Positions 40,657 to 54,241 of a DNA stretch of 64,000 nt are shown piece by piece. The notes below the pieces were generated by a model. It was not told where the DNA came from, searched no databases, and saw nothing but the letters and a program-made list of their open reading frames with translations. Positions within the stretch are counted from its first letter, which is position 1, and every line of letters begins with the position of its first letter. Both the position numbers and the translations under genes were made by a program. Location of the stretch: contig OX597826.1 of NCBI GenBank assembly GCA_951406725.2, positions 11,780,001-11,844,000 on the forward strand, written 5' to 3'. Origin of the DNA: Octopus vulgaris. Taxonomy: Eukaryota.

Positions 40657-40918
40657 ATATTATATTAAGTTAGAGACAAAACCACTATTAGGCAAATCAT
40701 ACAATGAAAAACTTAAGCCAATTAATTTATATTATTTTAAATATATATCAAATATTTTAAATATATATCAAAATTATTAGTGTTATACTAATTATCTTTT
40801 TTTAATAATTTTGATATATAGTTAAATTAATATAAATTAATTAATCTTATGTATTGGCTTAAGTTTTTCATTGTATGATTTACCTAATAGTGGTTTTGTC
40901 TCTAATTTAATATAATAT
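40657..40918. repeat. AT-rich inverted repeat
   Basis: ttagagacaaaaccactattagg...aacttaagccaat is mirrored by attggcttaagtt...cctaatagtggttttgtctctaa. Confidence 0.85.
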
Positions 40919-41565
40919 GTTGACCTAAGACGTATGATATTTACCACGTGAACTACGACGAAAAATATGAGAAAGATATGATATATATTTTTTCTTTATG
41001 CAGGGGTCTCTTGAGACATGTAATTTATTTTAAGGGTTACGCAAGGGTAAACAGGTTGAGAAACACTGGTTTATACAATGGAATTTGTGTCTTTTACTCA
41101 TTTAATATGACAGGAAATTAAGGCGGCGAACTGGCCGAATCGTTAGCACGCCGGGCAAAACGCTTAGCGGCATTTCGTCCGTCTTAACGTTCTGAGTTCA
41201 AATTTCGCCGAGATTGACTTTGCCTTTCATTCTTTCGGAGTCAGTACATTAAGTACCAGTTGGGGACAGGAGGTCGATGTAACTGACTTACCCAGCCCCT
41301 GAATTTGCTGGCCTTGTGCCAAAATTTAAAACCAATATGGCAAGAGATAGGGAAAGCGGCAGAAATATAACTGATCTGGAACAGAGAATAAAATGTGTGA
41401 TAATATTGGTGAAACTTTATGAATTGGTTGGAAAAGAAAGTAAGACTTTGTTATTTTAGATTAGATACAGATGTAAATGACTTTTGAGCGGGTTGTTGTA
41501 TGGAAAAGAAGCTGCAGGTAATTTCTGTTCTAATGAATTAATAGAGAACATTTACTAGAAATATA

Positions 41566-41576
41566 TTTATTTTATT
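41566..41576 (-). terminator. Candidate polyadenylation signals (two overlapping AATAAA) of the DSL-mucin gene
   Basis: tttatt at 41566 and 41571 on +, ~500 bp past the stop codon. Weak evidence in AT-rich DNA. Confidence 0.35.
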
Positions 41577-41751
41577 AATACAAACAGATTTACTGACATT
41601 TCTTTCGATGATGGTGATACAATTAACCTCAGCTCCGATGCTTATTTGTTGAGAATTTATTTCTTGTCTAGGTCTCCCTCGTTTATAGTAGCTTCTGCAT
41701 GTTTGACAATAAACTTCTCATTTGTGTGTGTGTGTGTGTGTGTCTGTGTGT

Positions 41752-41798
<47 letters not shown>

Positions 41799-42076
41799 CG
41801 TGTGTGTGTATCTCTTCGATTTTCTTCTCTCTGTTCATATATCTCTTCGACCTTTTTCACTCTTGAATAAGACATTTAACTATTTTTGTGCCACTGTTAA
41901 ATCTTGGTAATAGAATATCTGCGGAAAGCTAAATCTTTAAATTATTGAGAGTTCCAAGGTATAAATATTCTGACTCCAATCCGAAGCTATATAAATACAC
42001 TAGCATAGGTGCTTCACCAAAAGTGAGGAAAACTGGTCCAATGCCGACTTTGTCAAGATGGTGGGTTGTTTGTAAG

Positions 42077-45000
42077 CTATGTGACATATCGGTTCCAATA
42101 GTTTCGTAGATTTTTAGTGTAATAATCGTAATTATTCTTGAAATATTGTGCTGTATTTTGTACCTGCGTGATATAACTATTATAATAATTGCGGTATGAG
42201 TTATAATATTGACGGAAATTAGTTGCTGTTGTAGACTTTGCTTGATCAAACATTGAGGAAAATCTAAGTACCACTCTCGTGTAAGTTTTTCTAAGAAGCA
42301 ATTGGGACTTTTTGTAAGCTTTTTGCGCTCCTAACCAAGCATTGTTCCACAACCTACGTATGCCTTGTTTTCTGTTTGTTGCAGGTTGGTACAATCTATT
42401 TGTTATTTGATTTACTCCCCTCCACAAGTTAGAAAGCCTAGTCAAAGTTCTCTGAAATATGCGCTGGTTCTTTCGATAAATTTTCACGATAACATTCTTT
42501 CCGTAATGATAATAGGGTTTTGCCGTAGACACGACTTTGACGGTTATCGCGGGATTTCCAGGGTGTATAATCTTCTTATCCACATGTGTTTTGTTTTCGT
42601 ACTTGAAAGTGGTTAAGGAACTTTTTGTTGTAGTTAATCTGGTGGATGTGGTTGTTGGTAACTGCTTCGCTGGTCGACATACCTTAAGTTTTAATGTTTC
42701 CAGTTGCTTATGGCCAACAGAACCGGAATTTGGATTTGGTTGCTGCGCAGCGGCTTTCCCAACAGTCGCAGGTTTTATAACCAATACAATACACGTGGAT
42801 TTAAACTGGTGAACACTTAACCAATTAAAATTGAAAAACAGTCTTAATCTTCGTTGTACCCAATTAACAATCATCTTCGTGATGAAGAATGTATACTTGT
42901 GCTTGGGTGGAATTATTGCAGTCATAGACTTCGACAACCAAGATATGGAAGAAGCAATATCTGTCGCCACTAACTTTTTAGATGACTGATCTGGAAATTT
43001 GAACATTGATAATTTGTTTACTATCCAGCACAATCGTTTTGATAACTTCTGAGGATTTCTAATTTTATTGGCATTTGCAACCGTTTTCGGAATTTTAATT
43101 CTGACAGAAATACAAACTTTGATGGATGGTTTCATAGTCGTTTTTATTTTGCTGGGTCGAGTTGAAATTGTCGAAGATGGGAGAGTTGTTAGCATCTTTG
43201 TTGTCGCTGTTGTAATTTCTTTTTCAGGAAGTTTTGTTGTTTCATTGGAAATACTGTAGGACAATGATGTGGCCCTTGTTCTGTCAGAAGCAATGGGACC
43301 TATTTTTGCTGTGGCATTTTGAATTGAAATCGTTGCTGCACTGGAGATATATTGGTTAGCCAAAGTCACGCTAGGCGTCGTATCGTGAATAGCGAATTGG
43401 GTTGTGCGGAAATCAGAATCAGCTTCTATAGTTTTCGGTCTGTAAGTTGTAATATTAATAATCTCCGACATTAGTGTTGTGGTAATATGATCTGAACTAT
43501 ATGTAGTAGCATTGGTATTACTGATTATTGATTCAGTTAAGTTATAAATATTGCTCTTATCAATAAACTCTGCAGTCCTGGAGACTTCATCGGTTATATT
43601 TGCTTTAGAACTGGATGAAGCACTACTTTCGGTTGTATAGCTTAATTTATCAGTCGTGTACTCTCTAGAGAAATCTGTGATATTCTCTGATTTCGACGGG
43701 CCTTTTTCTGTTGTTGTATTGAATTGATCGATGAAATCTTCAGTAAATAGAAAATGATCTGTCGGCTGCCTCGGTGATGAATATGACATTGTTGCTTCTG
43801 GTGTTTGGGAAGATATATCTGTTCGGTTAATCTCAGTCGATGTAGTTATATCTTCAGATACATAATAATCTGAAACGTTTGCGACAGTAGACAGAGTTGA
43901 TGAAGTGATATCTGATTCTACTGGTGCAACGCTGCTTATATTGGTTGTTAAATGATCAGATGTTGAAATTTTGTAACCGAACACTAATGTTACATTTTCT
44001 GTTTCTGTTTCATTGATTCCGAATGAGGTCTTCTCCATTAATTTGGTTACATCGCCTTCTGTTCCAAGACGAGTGTGTTGTATAGTCTGTGATGTTGAGT
44101 CTGATCTTACCGTTTCACCTGTTGTTACACTGTCAGTACTATCTTTAATTGGTGTAAATGATATTGTAGTATTTGCCGGTATATGTGTAGAGTATTCGTC
44201 TTGTGTTATATTAGTTGTAAGAAAGAGAGAGGTTGTTGTTGGTTGAACAGACGATACATTGGTATCTGTTTCGTTTTCTCCAACAATAGTAACACTGCTG
44301 GTTACAGTTTCTGTAATATTGTCAAGGTAAGGTACGAACCGACTTACCTCTAATGATGATTGAGTCGATATGTTTGTTGATTCCGTTGTAAATAAAACTT
44401 CGGTTTTAAGTTCTTTTCCTTCCTCTGTTGACATTTTACTTGTATTGTAGTCAGTTGCACTGTATCCAGTGTAATTGCTCACGCTACTTACAGATTGTGT
44501 TTCCAATAGTTTAGTGAAATCTGTGCTGGTTTCTTGAGATGTCTGAATTGTAACGTTTTCAACCCAACTGTCTGGCGTTTCAATACGAGTGCTCGTTGGT
44601 TCTGTAGCAGGATATATAGTTTTCCCCTCCTGAATCGAAGAAAAAGTTTTTGAAGACTGTGTAATGGCTGGAACGGAACTGGTATCACGAGACGATTCAG
44701 ATGGTAATGAGATTGCTTCGACTGTTTTCGTATCAGTATAGAATATTTCGTCGTCTTTGCTTATTGTGCTGGTCTGTAATGTAGTAGAACTTTCAACGGT
44801 TTGGTTTAATTTATCAGTCGTGTACTCTCTAGAGAAATCTGTGATATTCTCTGATTTCGACGGGCCTTTTTCTGTTGTTGTATTGAATTGATCGATGAAA
44901 TCTTCAGTAAATAGAAAACGATCTGTCGGCTGTTTCGGTGATGAATGTGACATTGTTGTTTCTGATGTTTGGGAAGATATATCTGTTCGGTTAATCTCAG

Positions 45001-48000
45001 TCGATGTAGTTATATCTTCAGATACATAATAACCTGAAACTTTTGCGACAGTAGACAGAATTGATGAAGTGATATCTGATTCTACTGGTGCAACGCTGCT
45101 TATATTGGTTGTTAAATGATCAGATGTCGAAATTTTGTAACCGAACACTAATGTTACATTCTCTATTTCTGTTTCATTGATTCCGAATGAAGTCTTCTCC
45201 ATTAATTTGGTCGCATTGTCTTCTGTTTCATGACTAGTCTGTCGTGTTACACTATCAGTAAAATCTTTAATAGGAGTGAATGACACCGTGCCATTCGGAG
45301 CTGTATGTGTAGAGTATTCTTCCTTTGTTTCAGCAGTTTCAGGAAAGAGAGAAGATGTGGATGTTGATTGAGTTGGTGACACACTAAAATATGTTTCATT
45401 TACTCCTGTAGTAATTACGCTACTGGTCATAGTTTCTTCGCCACCTTCTTTGCTTGATGTCTTACCCTGAAAAGCCGATGTAACATTATCAGGGTAAGAT
45501 ACGAACCGAGTTAGCTCAGATGACGATTTAATCGAGGTGTTTGCTACATCTATAGTAAATAAAACTTCGGTTTTAAGTTCTTTTCCTTCCTCTGTTGACA
45601 TTTTACTCGTGTCGTAGTCTGTTGCACTGTATCCAGTGTAATTGCTCACGCTACTTACAGATTGTGTTTCCAATATTTTAGTGAAATCTGTGCTGGTTTC
45701 TTGTGATGTCTGAATTGTAACGTTTTCAACCCAACTGTCTGGTGTTTCAATACGAGTGCTCGTTGGTTCTGTAGCAGGATATATAGTTTTCCCCTCCTGA
45801 ATCGAAGAAAAAGTTTTTGAAGACTGTGTAATGGCTGGAACGGAACTGGTATTACGAGACGATTCAGATGGTAATGAGATTGCTTCGACTGTTTTCGTAT
45901 CAGTATAGAATATTTCGTCGTCTTTGCTTATTGTGCTGGTCTGTAATGTAGTAGAACTTTCAACGGTTTGGTTTAATTTATCCGTGGTGTACTCTCTAGA
46001 GAAATCTGTGATATTCTCTGATTTCGACGGGCCTTTTTCTGTTGTTGTATTGAACTGATCGATGAAATCTTCAGTAAATAGAAAACGATCTGTCGGCTGC
46101 CTCGGTGATGAATGTGACATTGTTGTTTCTGATGTTTGGGAAGATATATCTGTTCGGTTAATCTCAGTCGATGTAGTTATATCTTCAGATACATGGTAAT
46201 CTGAAACTTTTGCGTCAGTAGACAGAGTTGATGAAGTGATATCTGATTCTACTGGTGCAACGCTGCTAATATTGGTTGCTAAATGATCAGATGTCGAAAT
46301 TTTGTAACCGAACACTAATGTTACATTCTCTATTTCTGTTTCATTGATTCCGTATGAAGTCTTCTCCATTAATTTGGTCGCATTGTCTTCTGTTTCATGA
46401 CTAGTCTGTCGTGTTACACTATCAGTAAAATCTTTAATAGGAGTGAATGACACCGTGCCATTCGGAGCTGTATGTGTAGAGTATTCTTCCTTTGTTTCAG
46501 CAGTTTCAGGAAAGAGAGAAGATGTGGATGTTGATTGAGTTGGTGACACACTAAAATATGTTTCATTTACTCCTGTAGTAATTACGCTACTGGTCATAGT
46601 TTCTTCGCCACCTTCTTTGCTTGATGTTTTACCCTGAAAAGCCGATGTAACATTATCAGGGTAAGATACGAACCGAGTTAGCTCAGATGACGATTTAATC
46701 GAGGTGTTTGCTACATCTATAGTAAATAAAACTTCGGTTTTAAGTTCTTTTCCTTCCTCTGTTGACATTTTACTCGTGTCGTAGTCTGTTGCACTGTATC
46801 CAGTGTAATTGCTCACGCTACTTACAGATTGTGTTTCCAATATTTTAGTGAAATCTGTGCTGGTTTCTTGTGATGTCTGAATTGTAACGTTTTCAACCCA
46901 ACTGTCTGGCGTTTCAATACGAGTGCTCGTTGGTTCTGTAGCAGGATATATAGTTTTCCCCTCCTGAATCGAAGAAAAAGTTTTTGAAGATTGCGGAATG
47001 GCTGGAACGGAACTGGTATCACGAGACGATTCAGATGGTAATGAGATTGCTTCGACTGTTTTCGTATCAGTATAGAATATTTCGTCGTCTTTGCTTATTG
47101 TCCTGGTCTGTAATGTAGTAGAACTTTCAACGGTTTGGTTTAATTTATCAGTCGTGTACTCTCTAGAGAAATCTGTGATATTCTCTGATTTCGACGGGCC
47201 TTTTTCTGTTGTTGTATTGAATTGATCGATGAAATCTTCAGTAAATAGAAAACGATCTGTCGGCTGTTTCGGTGATGAATGTGACATTGTTGTTTCTGAT
47301 GTTTGGGAAGATATATCTGTTCGGTTAATCTCAGTCGATGTAGTTATATCTTCAGATACATAATAATCTGAAACGTTTGCGACAGTAGACAGAGTTGATG
47401 AAGTGATATCTGATTCTACTGGTGCAACACTGCTTATATTGGTTGTTAAATGATCAGATGTTGAAATTTTGTAACCGAACACTAATGTTACATTTTCTGT
47501 TTCTGTTTCATTGATTCCGAATGAGGTCTTCTCCATTAATTTGGTTACATCGCCTTCTGTTCCAAGACGAGTGTGTTGTATAGTCTGTGATGTTGAGTCT
47601 GATCTTACCGTTTCACCTGTTGTTACACTGTCAGTACTATCTTTAATTTGTGTGAATGATATTGTAGTATTTGCCGGTATATCTGTAGAGTATTCTTCTT
47701 GTGTTATACTAGTTGTGATAAAGAGAGATGTTGTCGTTGGTTGAACAGACGACACATTGAAATCTGTTTCGTTTTCCCTAGCAGTAATAGTTTTGTCTAA
47801 AACACGGGTTGTAGATATATTTGTTCTGCTAATTTCAGTCAATTCAGTAACTTCCTCAGATACATAATGGTCTGGAAGTCTTGTGTCTGTAGCCTTAGAT
47901 GGGATGGTTGTGTCAGAGGTTGTATCTGCGTGAAATTCTTTTGTGACTGGTGGAGACTTTGATGTCTTCGCGGCTGTAACATTTAATTTTACTTTCAGTG

Positions 48001-48186
48001 TAGAATCTGACGTGAATGTACTTGCTTCAGAAAGATGTCGAGATGTTGTCGTAGCTGTTGTGACATGTGATACGCTTTTCTGAGAGTCTTCATCGTGAGA
48101 GACACTTGTCGACTTCGTCTGATATGTGCTCGCTGTTTGGATAAGTCTTGCGGTGGTTTTATATAGCAATATGTCACAAGTTGTTC
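42077..48186 (-). CDS. 6.1-kb terminal exon: last EGF Cys (GTTCD), Ser/Thr-rich mucin-like repeat region, basic C-terminal region
   Basis: Uninterrupted ~2036-codon frame. A strong polypyrimidine acceptor (ttctttttgttaatag|GA) in phase 1 supplies the sixth Cys of the preceding EGF. Confidence 0.88.
43640..47780 (-). repeat. Coding tandem repeat, period 1167/1167/1164 bp (~389 aa), about 3.5 units
   Basis: The marker ttgattccg (GINET on the - strand) recurs at 44013, 45177, 46344 and 47511. Confidence 0.92.
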
Positions 48187-48323
48187 CTATTAACAAAAAG
48201 AAGAAAAAAAAAGATATAAACGCATGTTTATTATCATAGACATAAAGCTTTAGACAAATATATTTGAAAATATTGATGAAGAAAATTAACCTAAAAATGT
48301 GATGCTTGGGAGATTGAGATCTT

Positions 48324-48539
48324 CGAGGGGTTCTGAAAAGTTACTGGCTTTGGGTAAAAGAAAATACAGGAGGATCAGTTGATTATGATTTTATTCAACA
48401 TAGTCCCCCTCTCAGATTCACACACTTATTGCAGCAGTTCTTCAGTTTTCTAACTCCTGTAAGAGATCTCGGAAGGTTAGGCCTCCAACCAGGCCTTTCG
48501 CAAAATCCTTAAAGCCAGGAAGTTTTCAGCACCCTCTCG
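48324..48539. mobile_element. mariner-type MITE (second, inverted copy at 56022-56241)
   Basis: TIRs cgagggg..ctgaaaagtt.ctggcttt / aaagccaggaa.ttttcagcaccc..cg|ta; two homologous copies in the window. Confidence 0.75.
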
Positions 48540-48575
48540 TAGTAGCTCAATCCTTCATCACTGGTTCCCTTAGAC

Positions 48576-48925
48576 CAGGGTTTCTCAACGATTTTTAAAA
48601 TCTGTGAACCCCTTTGATTACTATTTTATTCTGATGGACCATGCAACCATTCGATGATTATAAATTAGTTTTATGGAAACTTCCTCTATAATTCCTATTT
48701 TGTATTTCACCCATTCACTTGTATTTGTCGAATAATGTAAAATGTTAGAGAAAGAAACCTGGCTGTTTCTTGCAATATACATCAATACATACATCTAAAG
48801 CAAAATATTTTTAGGGACCATTAAAATACTATTGTAGGCCCCCAATTTACTATTTTGTTGCGCGGATCCCCAAGAATCTTATGTGGACCCTCAGAAGCCA
48901 TATGGACCCCGGATAAGAACCAATG
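48576..48925. mobile_element. hAT/Charlie-like MITE
   Basis: cagggtttctcaac ... ataagaaccaatg termini; degenerate 8-bp TSD ccttagac/atttagac. Confidence 0.6.
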
Positions 48926-49927
48926 ATTTAGACGATACACTTAAATGAATTAAAGTCGATTGTTCAGTGGAGAGTTTACAACTGTGATGGTGGACAAGAG
49001 CCTACTAAGTGACAATGTAATTGAGTGGTAACCTCACATGGTCAACTAATAATCAGTGTAACAGAGCCATTGAAGGTTTAAACGGTGAGAAGTATTGTTG
49101 CTATTTTTTCAGTCTCAGACAATCTGTTTAGATTTCTGGAATGTCTTTTATCAAGAGGTTGCTCGATCAGAGCTGACATGGAGCTGAACTACTATAATTA
49201 TCTTTCCCCCCTGTTTAAGCCTTATCAGTTCAGACTCTCTGTTAAGTAGTTAAGCTAATTGTGGCCCTGATAAATTGTTTCCTTGTCGTTCCTGAATCAT
49301 TAATGTTACCCATTAGGTTATTTGGCCCTTTCTGGAATCTTTCTGTATTTACTCTATCTCATAGAAATACCATGTTCACCTTCATGTGTAACTCAATGTT
49401 CTAGCTTGAAAGTATTTGTGTAAGGGGTTTAGTTCCAGATTAACACAGATCAAGCACATCTCTAACCAAAGGCATTCCACCCGTGACCTTTTCATTTTTG
49501 GGGACATAGCTTATTTTCGATTGCATCAGCTAATTTCTCCTTCATTGCTTTAAAAATCAGAAATGGGTATTAGTTTAAGATATATTTTGTTGCAGTTTTT
49601 GAAAGTCGAGTAATCATATAGCAGTTCTCTTTTTTTTGCTCAGAGCGTTTAAGTGGTAACTGCTGCGGAGTTCAAACATATCTGTAAACAACTATCGGCT
49701 AAACAAGAAATTATTTGTGTTTACCAATGTTTAGACAGTACAGGAAAAGGAAGCTTTCGGTAGAATTACAATAACCTCACGGAATATGAGAATTACAATG
49801 TGCTTACAGTTTCTGCAACTGCAGACACAAGCAATCTTAAAAAACAAAAACAATGAAAAAACATGCGAAACAACTTAATGAACTATAACAGAAACAGCAT
49901 TTGCAACAAAAAAAAGATGATAAAAAT

Positions 49928-49978
<51 letters not shown>

Positions 49979-50056
49979 ACACACAGTAGTAGCAACATTA
50001 ATAACCGCATTAGCTTCGAACAGTGCACTGGCATGCACAGCAACAATAACAAGTAT

Positions 50057-50449
50057 TTTTTTTGGAAGCACTCCGTCGGTTACGACGACGAGGGTTCCGG
50101 TTGATCCGAATCAACGGAACAGCCTGCTCGTGAAATTAACGTGCAAGTGGCTGAGCACTCCACAGACACGTGTACCCTTAGCGTAGTTCTCGGGGATATT
50201 CAGCGTGACACAGAGAGTGACAAGCCCGGCCCTTTGAAATACAGGTACAACAGAAACAGGAAGTAAGAGTGAGAGAAAGTTGTGGTGAAAGAGTACAGCA
50301 GGGATCACCACCATCCCCTGCCGGAGCCTCGTGGAGCTTTTAGGTGTTTTCGCTCAATAAACACTCACAACGCCCGGTCTGGGAATCGAAACCGCGATCC
50401 TATGACCGCGAGTCCGCTGCCCTAACCACTGGGCCATTGCGCCTCCACT
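50057..50449 (-). mobile_element. tRNA-derived SINE family C, full-length and young, with 12-bp TSD aataacaagtat
   Basis: Head gtggaggcgcaatggcccagtggttagggc...ggtttcgattcc, short poly-A tail, TSD at 50045-50056 and 50450-50461. A homologue lies at ~61070-61433. Confidence 0.9.
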
Positions 50450-51311
50450 AATAACAAGTATAGAATAGAGACAGCCGTCCTGTGCAGATCGAGTTTTTCT
50501 TGCCCGCATCCCTCAGAATATAAAACCCCAGGAACAGAATAAAGATTAACGAGAGTCTAACATGTCTAATCTGTTACACTAACTCACATAAAATTAACCA
50601 CGGAATGTCAGAATGGCCAATATGCTTCCCTTCTAAACTGAGGTATATTCAGACGTTTCGTGAACAGTCTATAAGAAATGCATAAACTAAGTCAGAACTA
50701 ATCTGGTGCTACAAAGCAATAACAGGCATAGAACAATAATAGATAAGAGCTCTAGATGAAATGGGATTGTGTTAGTTAAGCATATTTGCTGGAGGCAAAA
50801 ATGCAGTGCTGGGGACATAGTGTGAACCTACCAGCGTGCGTTTGGTGACAGGATATGGACTTCTGAGCATGCTTTATGATCGAACATCAGCCACTGCCGA
50901 GCGTGTGTTTTGTGCTAGGATTTGAACCTTCCAATGTGCGATTGGTGATTATGACATTAAGCGCCGAACATATTTGTAGGTTGGCCAGCCATTTACCAAC
51001 TCGATCCAATACTTATCTATTTAAATATAAAACAGGAAGAGAAAGAAAAAGGAAAAGAAATAAAAGCCTGAAATAGCATATCTCTCTCTTGATACATATG
51101 TACCATACGTACGTACATACATACATACATACATACATACATACATACATACATACATACATACATACATACATACATACATACATACATACATACATAC
51201 ATACATACATACATGTACTAGACCGAAATCCTTTGCACAGTGTAGAGAATATACCTCCAACATTGCCCAAGCGACCTTAGCACCAAGTCTGCAATTCAGT
51301 TTACATGTGAA

Positions 51312-51645
51312 GTCGCATAGCTCAGTGGTAAAAGCGTCGGGCTCACAATCATGAGTTAGTGAGTTCGATTCCCGGACCGGGTAGTGTATTGTGTTCTTGA
51401 GTAAGACACTTTATTTCATGTTGCTCCAGTTCACTCAGCTATAGAAATAAGTTGCGACATCGCTGGCGCCAAGCTGTATCGAATTTTGCCTTTCTCTTGG
51501 ATAACATAGGTAGCGTGGAGAGGAGAGGCTTGTATGCACAGGCGACTGCTGGTCTTCGATAAACAACCAGACTTGTGCCTCAGAGGGAAACTTTCTAGGC
51601 GCAATCTCATGGTCAGTCACGACCGCAGCGAGTGTTTACCGTTTA
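51312..51645 (+). mobile_element. tRNA-derived CORE-like SINE family D (also 59110-59380 on -)
   Basis: tagctcagtggt A box, gagttcgattcc B box, body gtgttcttgag.aagacactttatttca. Confidence 0.75.
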
Positions 51646-52095
51646 CAATTCATCCAAGGTTGGGTCCTTGTGTCATACACCTCTTACAAAAAATCAGGCA
51701 CACAATACATAACCATAGTGCAATACAATTTCTTTCTCTCGACGGGCCTGCTCTCTTTTTTTATATTATCGCAAAACAAATCAAAGAAAAAAAATATCCT
51801 ATAACCTTCAAACGATATCCGAACAAGTTTCTTCAAGGGACACAACTCAGTGGACAATAATTACTGAATAGGATGAAATACCACAGATCTTGACTTAAGC
51901 ATGATTTAAAAGATTATATATCACATGAGACCATTAAGTTAGACATGGCCTGGACTAATTTTGACCGAAGCATATCTAAGTAATGAAAAGATAAATATTT
52001 TATTCAGGACGGTCCAATGGGCTCTTACTCTGAGTTTTTACTGTGTTCCACGACTTCTTGTCTAGCCAAGCCAGCTTTCTCCCATACATACATAT

Positions 52096-52170
<75 letters not shown>

Positions 52171-52587
52171 TGTATATAGCCATATATATATATACATTCA
52201 CGTGGTAATTTTGGAGGGAGATACGAATTCGCCTGTCTATATAAATGTGGAGATGCTAGCGGACCGTTATATGGTTCGATGTCGCCTGGTCGAGCTGGTG
52301 TAATGGGTGAGTTTTTTTCCTAGCATTTCTAGATTTATAGGAAATATTATATTGACAAGGAAATGAACTTTCGGTTCTAATCCAGAAACGGATTCATCTA
52401 TAATTAATCCAATAGGCTGGGATTTCATTGTCTTCTTTCTCTTTACCATATACGGGTTACAAATTCTGTTTGTTTGTGGAGACTTTTTTACTAGTAGTAG
52501 AAATAGTGATCTATTTGGCTGCTATTTCTAATATTTTCGGTATGTGGTTTTGAGCAACTTGTTGCAATTAACCCTTTATTATAAATA

Positions 52588-52649
<62 letters not shown>

Positions 52650-52785
52650 TGTCACAATGAGGATATTTAGACCTATCATAGGGATATTTTTATCCAAGAT
52701 ACACTGGTTTCCTATATTATACTTTGAAGAGATATTTCTTCAATGAATATATTATGTAAAATACTATAAAATATCAAATATTATA

Positions 52786-53244
52786 ATTAAGTTTGAAAAC
52801 GGAGAGATCTAATGGATATAAACTGATTCATTAATTAATTAACATCTTCACCTACAATTGTTTCATTTCACAAGCAAAATTAAAACTACAAAACATATAT
52901 AAATGTATAATCTTGCATTTTATAATACCTTGGATGGAAAATCATCAGGGTGTACAAAGGACAATACAAGGGTTATATTATAATCGTTTGGAATACTCAG
53001 AATATATAATCATGTTTATTTGAGTCTGTATTTCGGGTATTCAACGCATCATAATGTAACCCTTCTATTGTCCTTTATGTACCCTGATGATTTTCTACCC
53101 AAGGTATTTTAAAATGCAAGATTTTATATTTATATGTTTTGTAGTTTTAATTTTGTTTGAGAAATGAAACAATTGTAGTTGAAGATGTTAATTAATTAAT
53201 AAATTGATTCATATCTATTGGATCTCTCCGTTTTCAAACTTAAT
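52786..53244. repeat. ~460-bp imperfect palindrome with a hammerhead-like motif in each arm
   Basis: Arms aagtttgaaaacggagagatc... / ...gatctctccgttttcaaactt. Confidence 0.9.
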
Positions 53245-53574
53245 AAAAAATTAGAGAAAGGATGAGGAAAAAACGAAAGGGGAGGAGAGATAAAAAGAAT
53301 TAGAGAGAACAAAAGAGTAAACGAAAGAGTGATAGAATAATAGAATAATAGAAGAGAAATCTGTGTGGTATCTGTGTTTGTCCCTCCCATCCCCACTTGA
53401 CAGCCGGTGTGGGTGTGTTTACGTGCACGTAACTTAACGGTTCAGCAATAGAGACCGAGAGAATAAGTACTAGGCTTTAAAAAATAAGCACTGGGGTGGC
53501 TTCATTCGACTAAAAATTCAAGGCGGAGCCCCAGCATGGCTGCAATCTAATGACTGAAACAGATAAAAGATAAA

Positions 53575-53642
<68 letters not shown>

Positions 53643-54052
53643 TTTGATACTTTGATAGGTTTCGGCCATTATTGGCCCAGGCCATGTCTAACTTAATAGC
53701 ACCACGATATATAAATATCGTGTACATTAAAACACATTAAGAGGCTTCCAAATAGGAAACCCTTGTGCTAGAAAGAGCAGTAGAAAACTCGAACCACTAA
53801 TTAGGTATAAATTCTCGAAAGGAATGATTCTTTCGAGTATATATGTATATATATATATGTATGTAAACGCACACATACATATATATATATATATATAAAT
53901 GTATGTATGTATGTATACATACATACATATATGAAAATATATGTATACATACATACATACATATATTTATATATATGTATTTGTGTATGCATGGTTATAT
54001 ATATAAATGTATATATATATATTTATATACACACATATATATATATACACGT

Positions 54053-54093
<41 letters not shown>

Positions 54094-54178
54094 AGTGTAT
54101 ACATACATACATATATATAAATGTATGTATACATACATATATATGTATCTGTGTATGCATGGTTATGTATATATATAT

Positions 54179-54241
<63 letters not shown>

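Noticed and set aside
44013-47744. Plus-strand and alternate-frame ORFs inside the giant exon
   Set aside because: Antisense or frame shadows of the mucin repeat, duplicated with the same period.
49808-49836. Possible micro-exon on - (ttttaag|ATTGCTTG...AAACT|gtaagc) between the EGF and mucin exons
   Set aside because: About 28 nt, so it would break the phase 1-1 frame; the EGF is already completed by direct splicing.
51312-51385. tRNA-like sequences at SINE heads (also 6384, 50380-50449, 59300-59380)
   Set aside because: They have A/B boxes but no complete cloverleaf and run directly into SINE bodies, so they are not tRNA genes.
53645-53700. ggcc...ggcc-GAAAC hairpin on - (related copy ~51935-51985)
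   Set aside because: No recognisable CUGANGA core; at most a decayed Penelope-type end.
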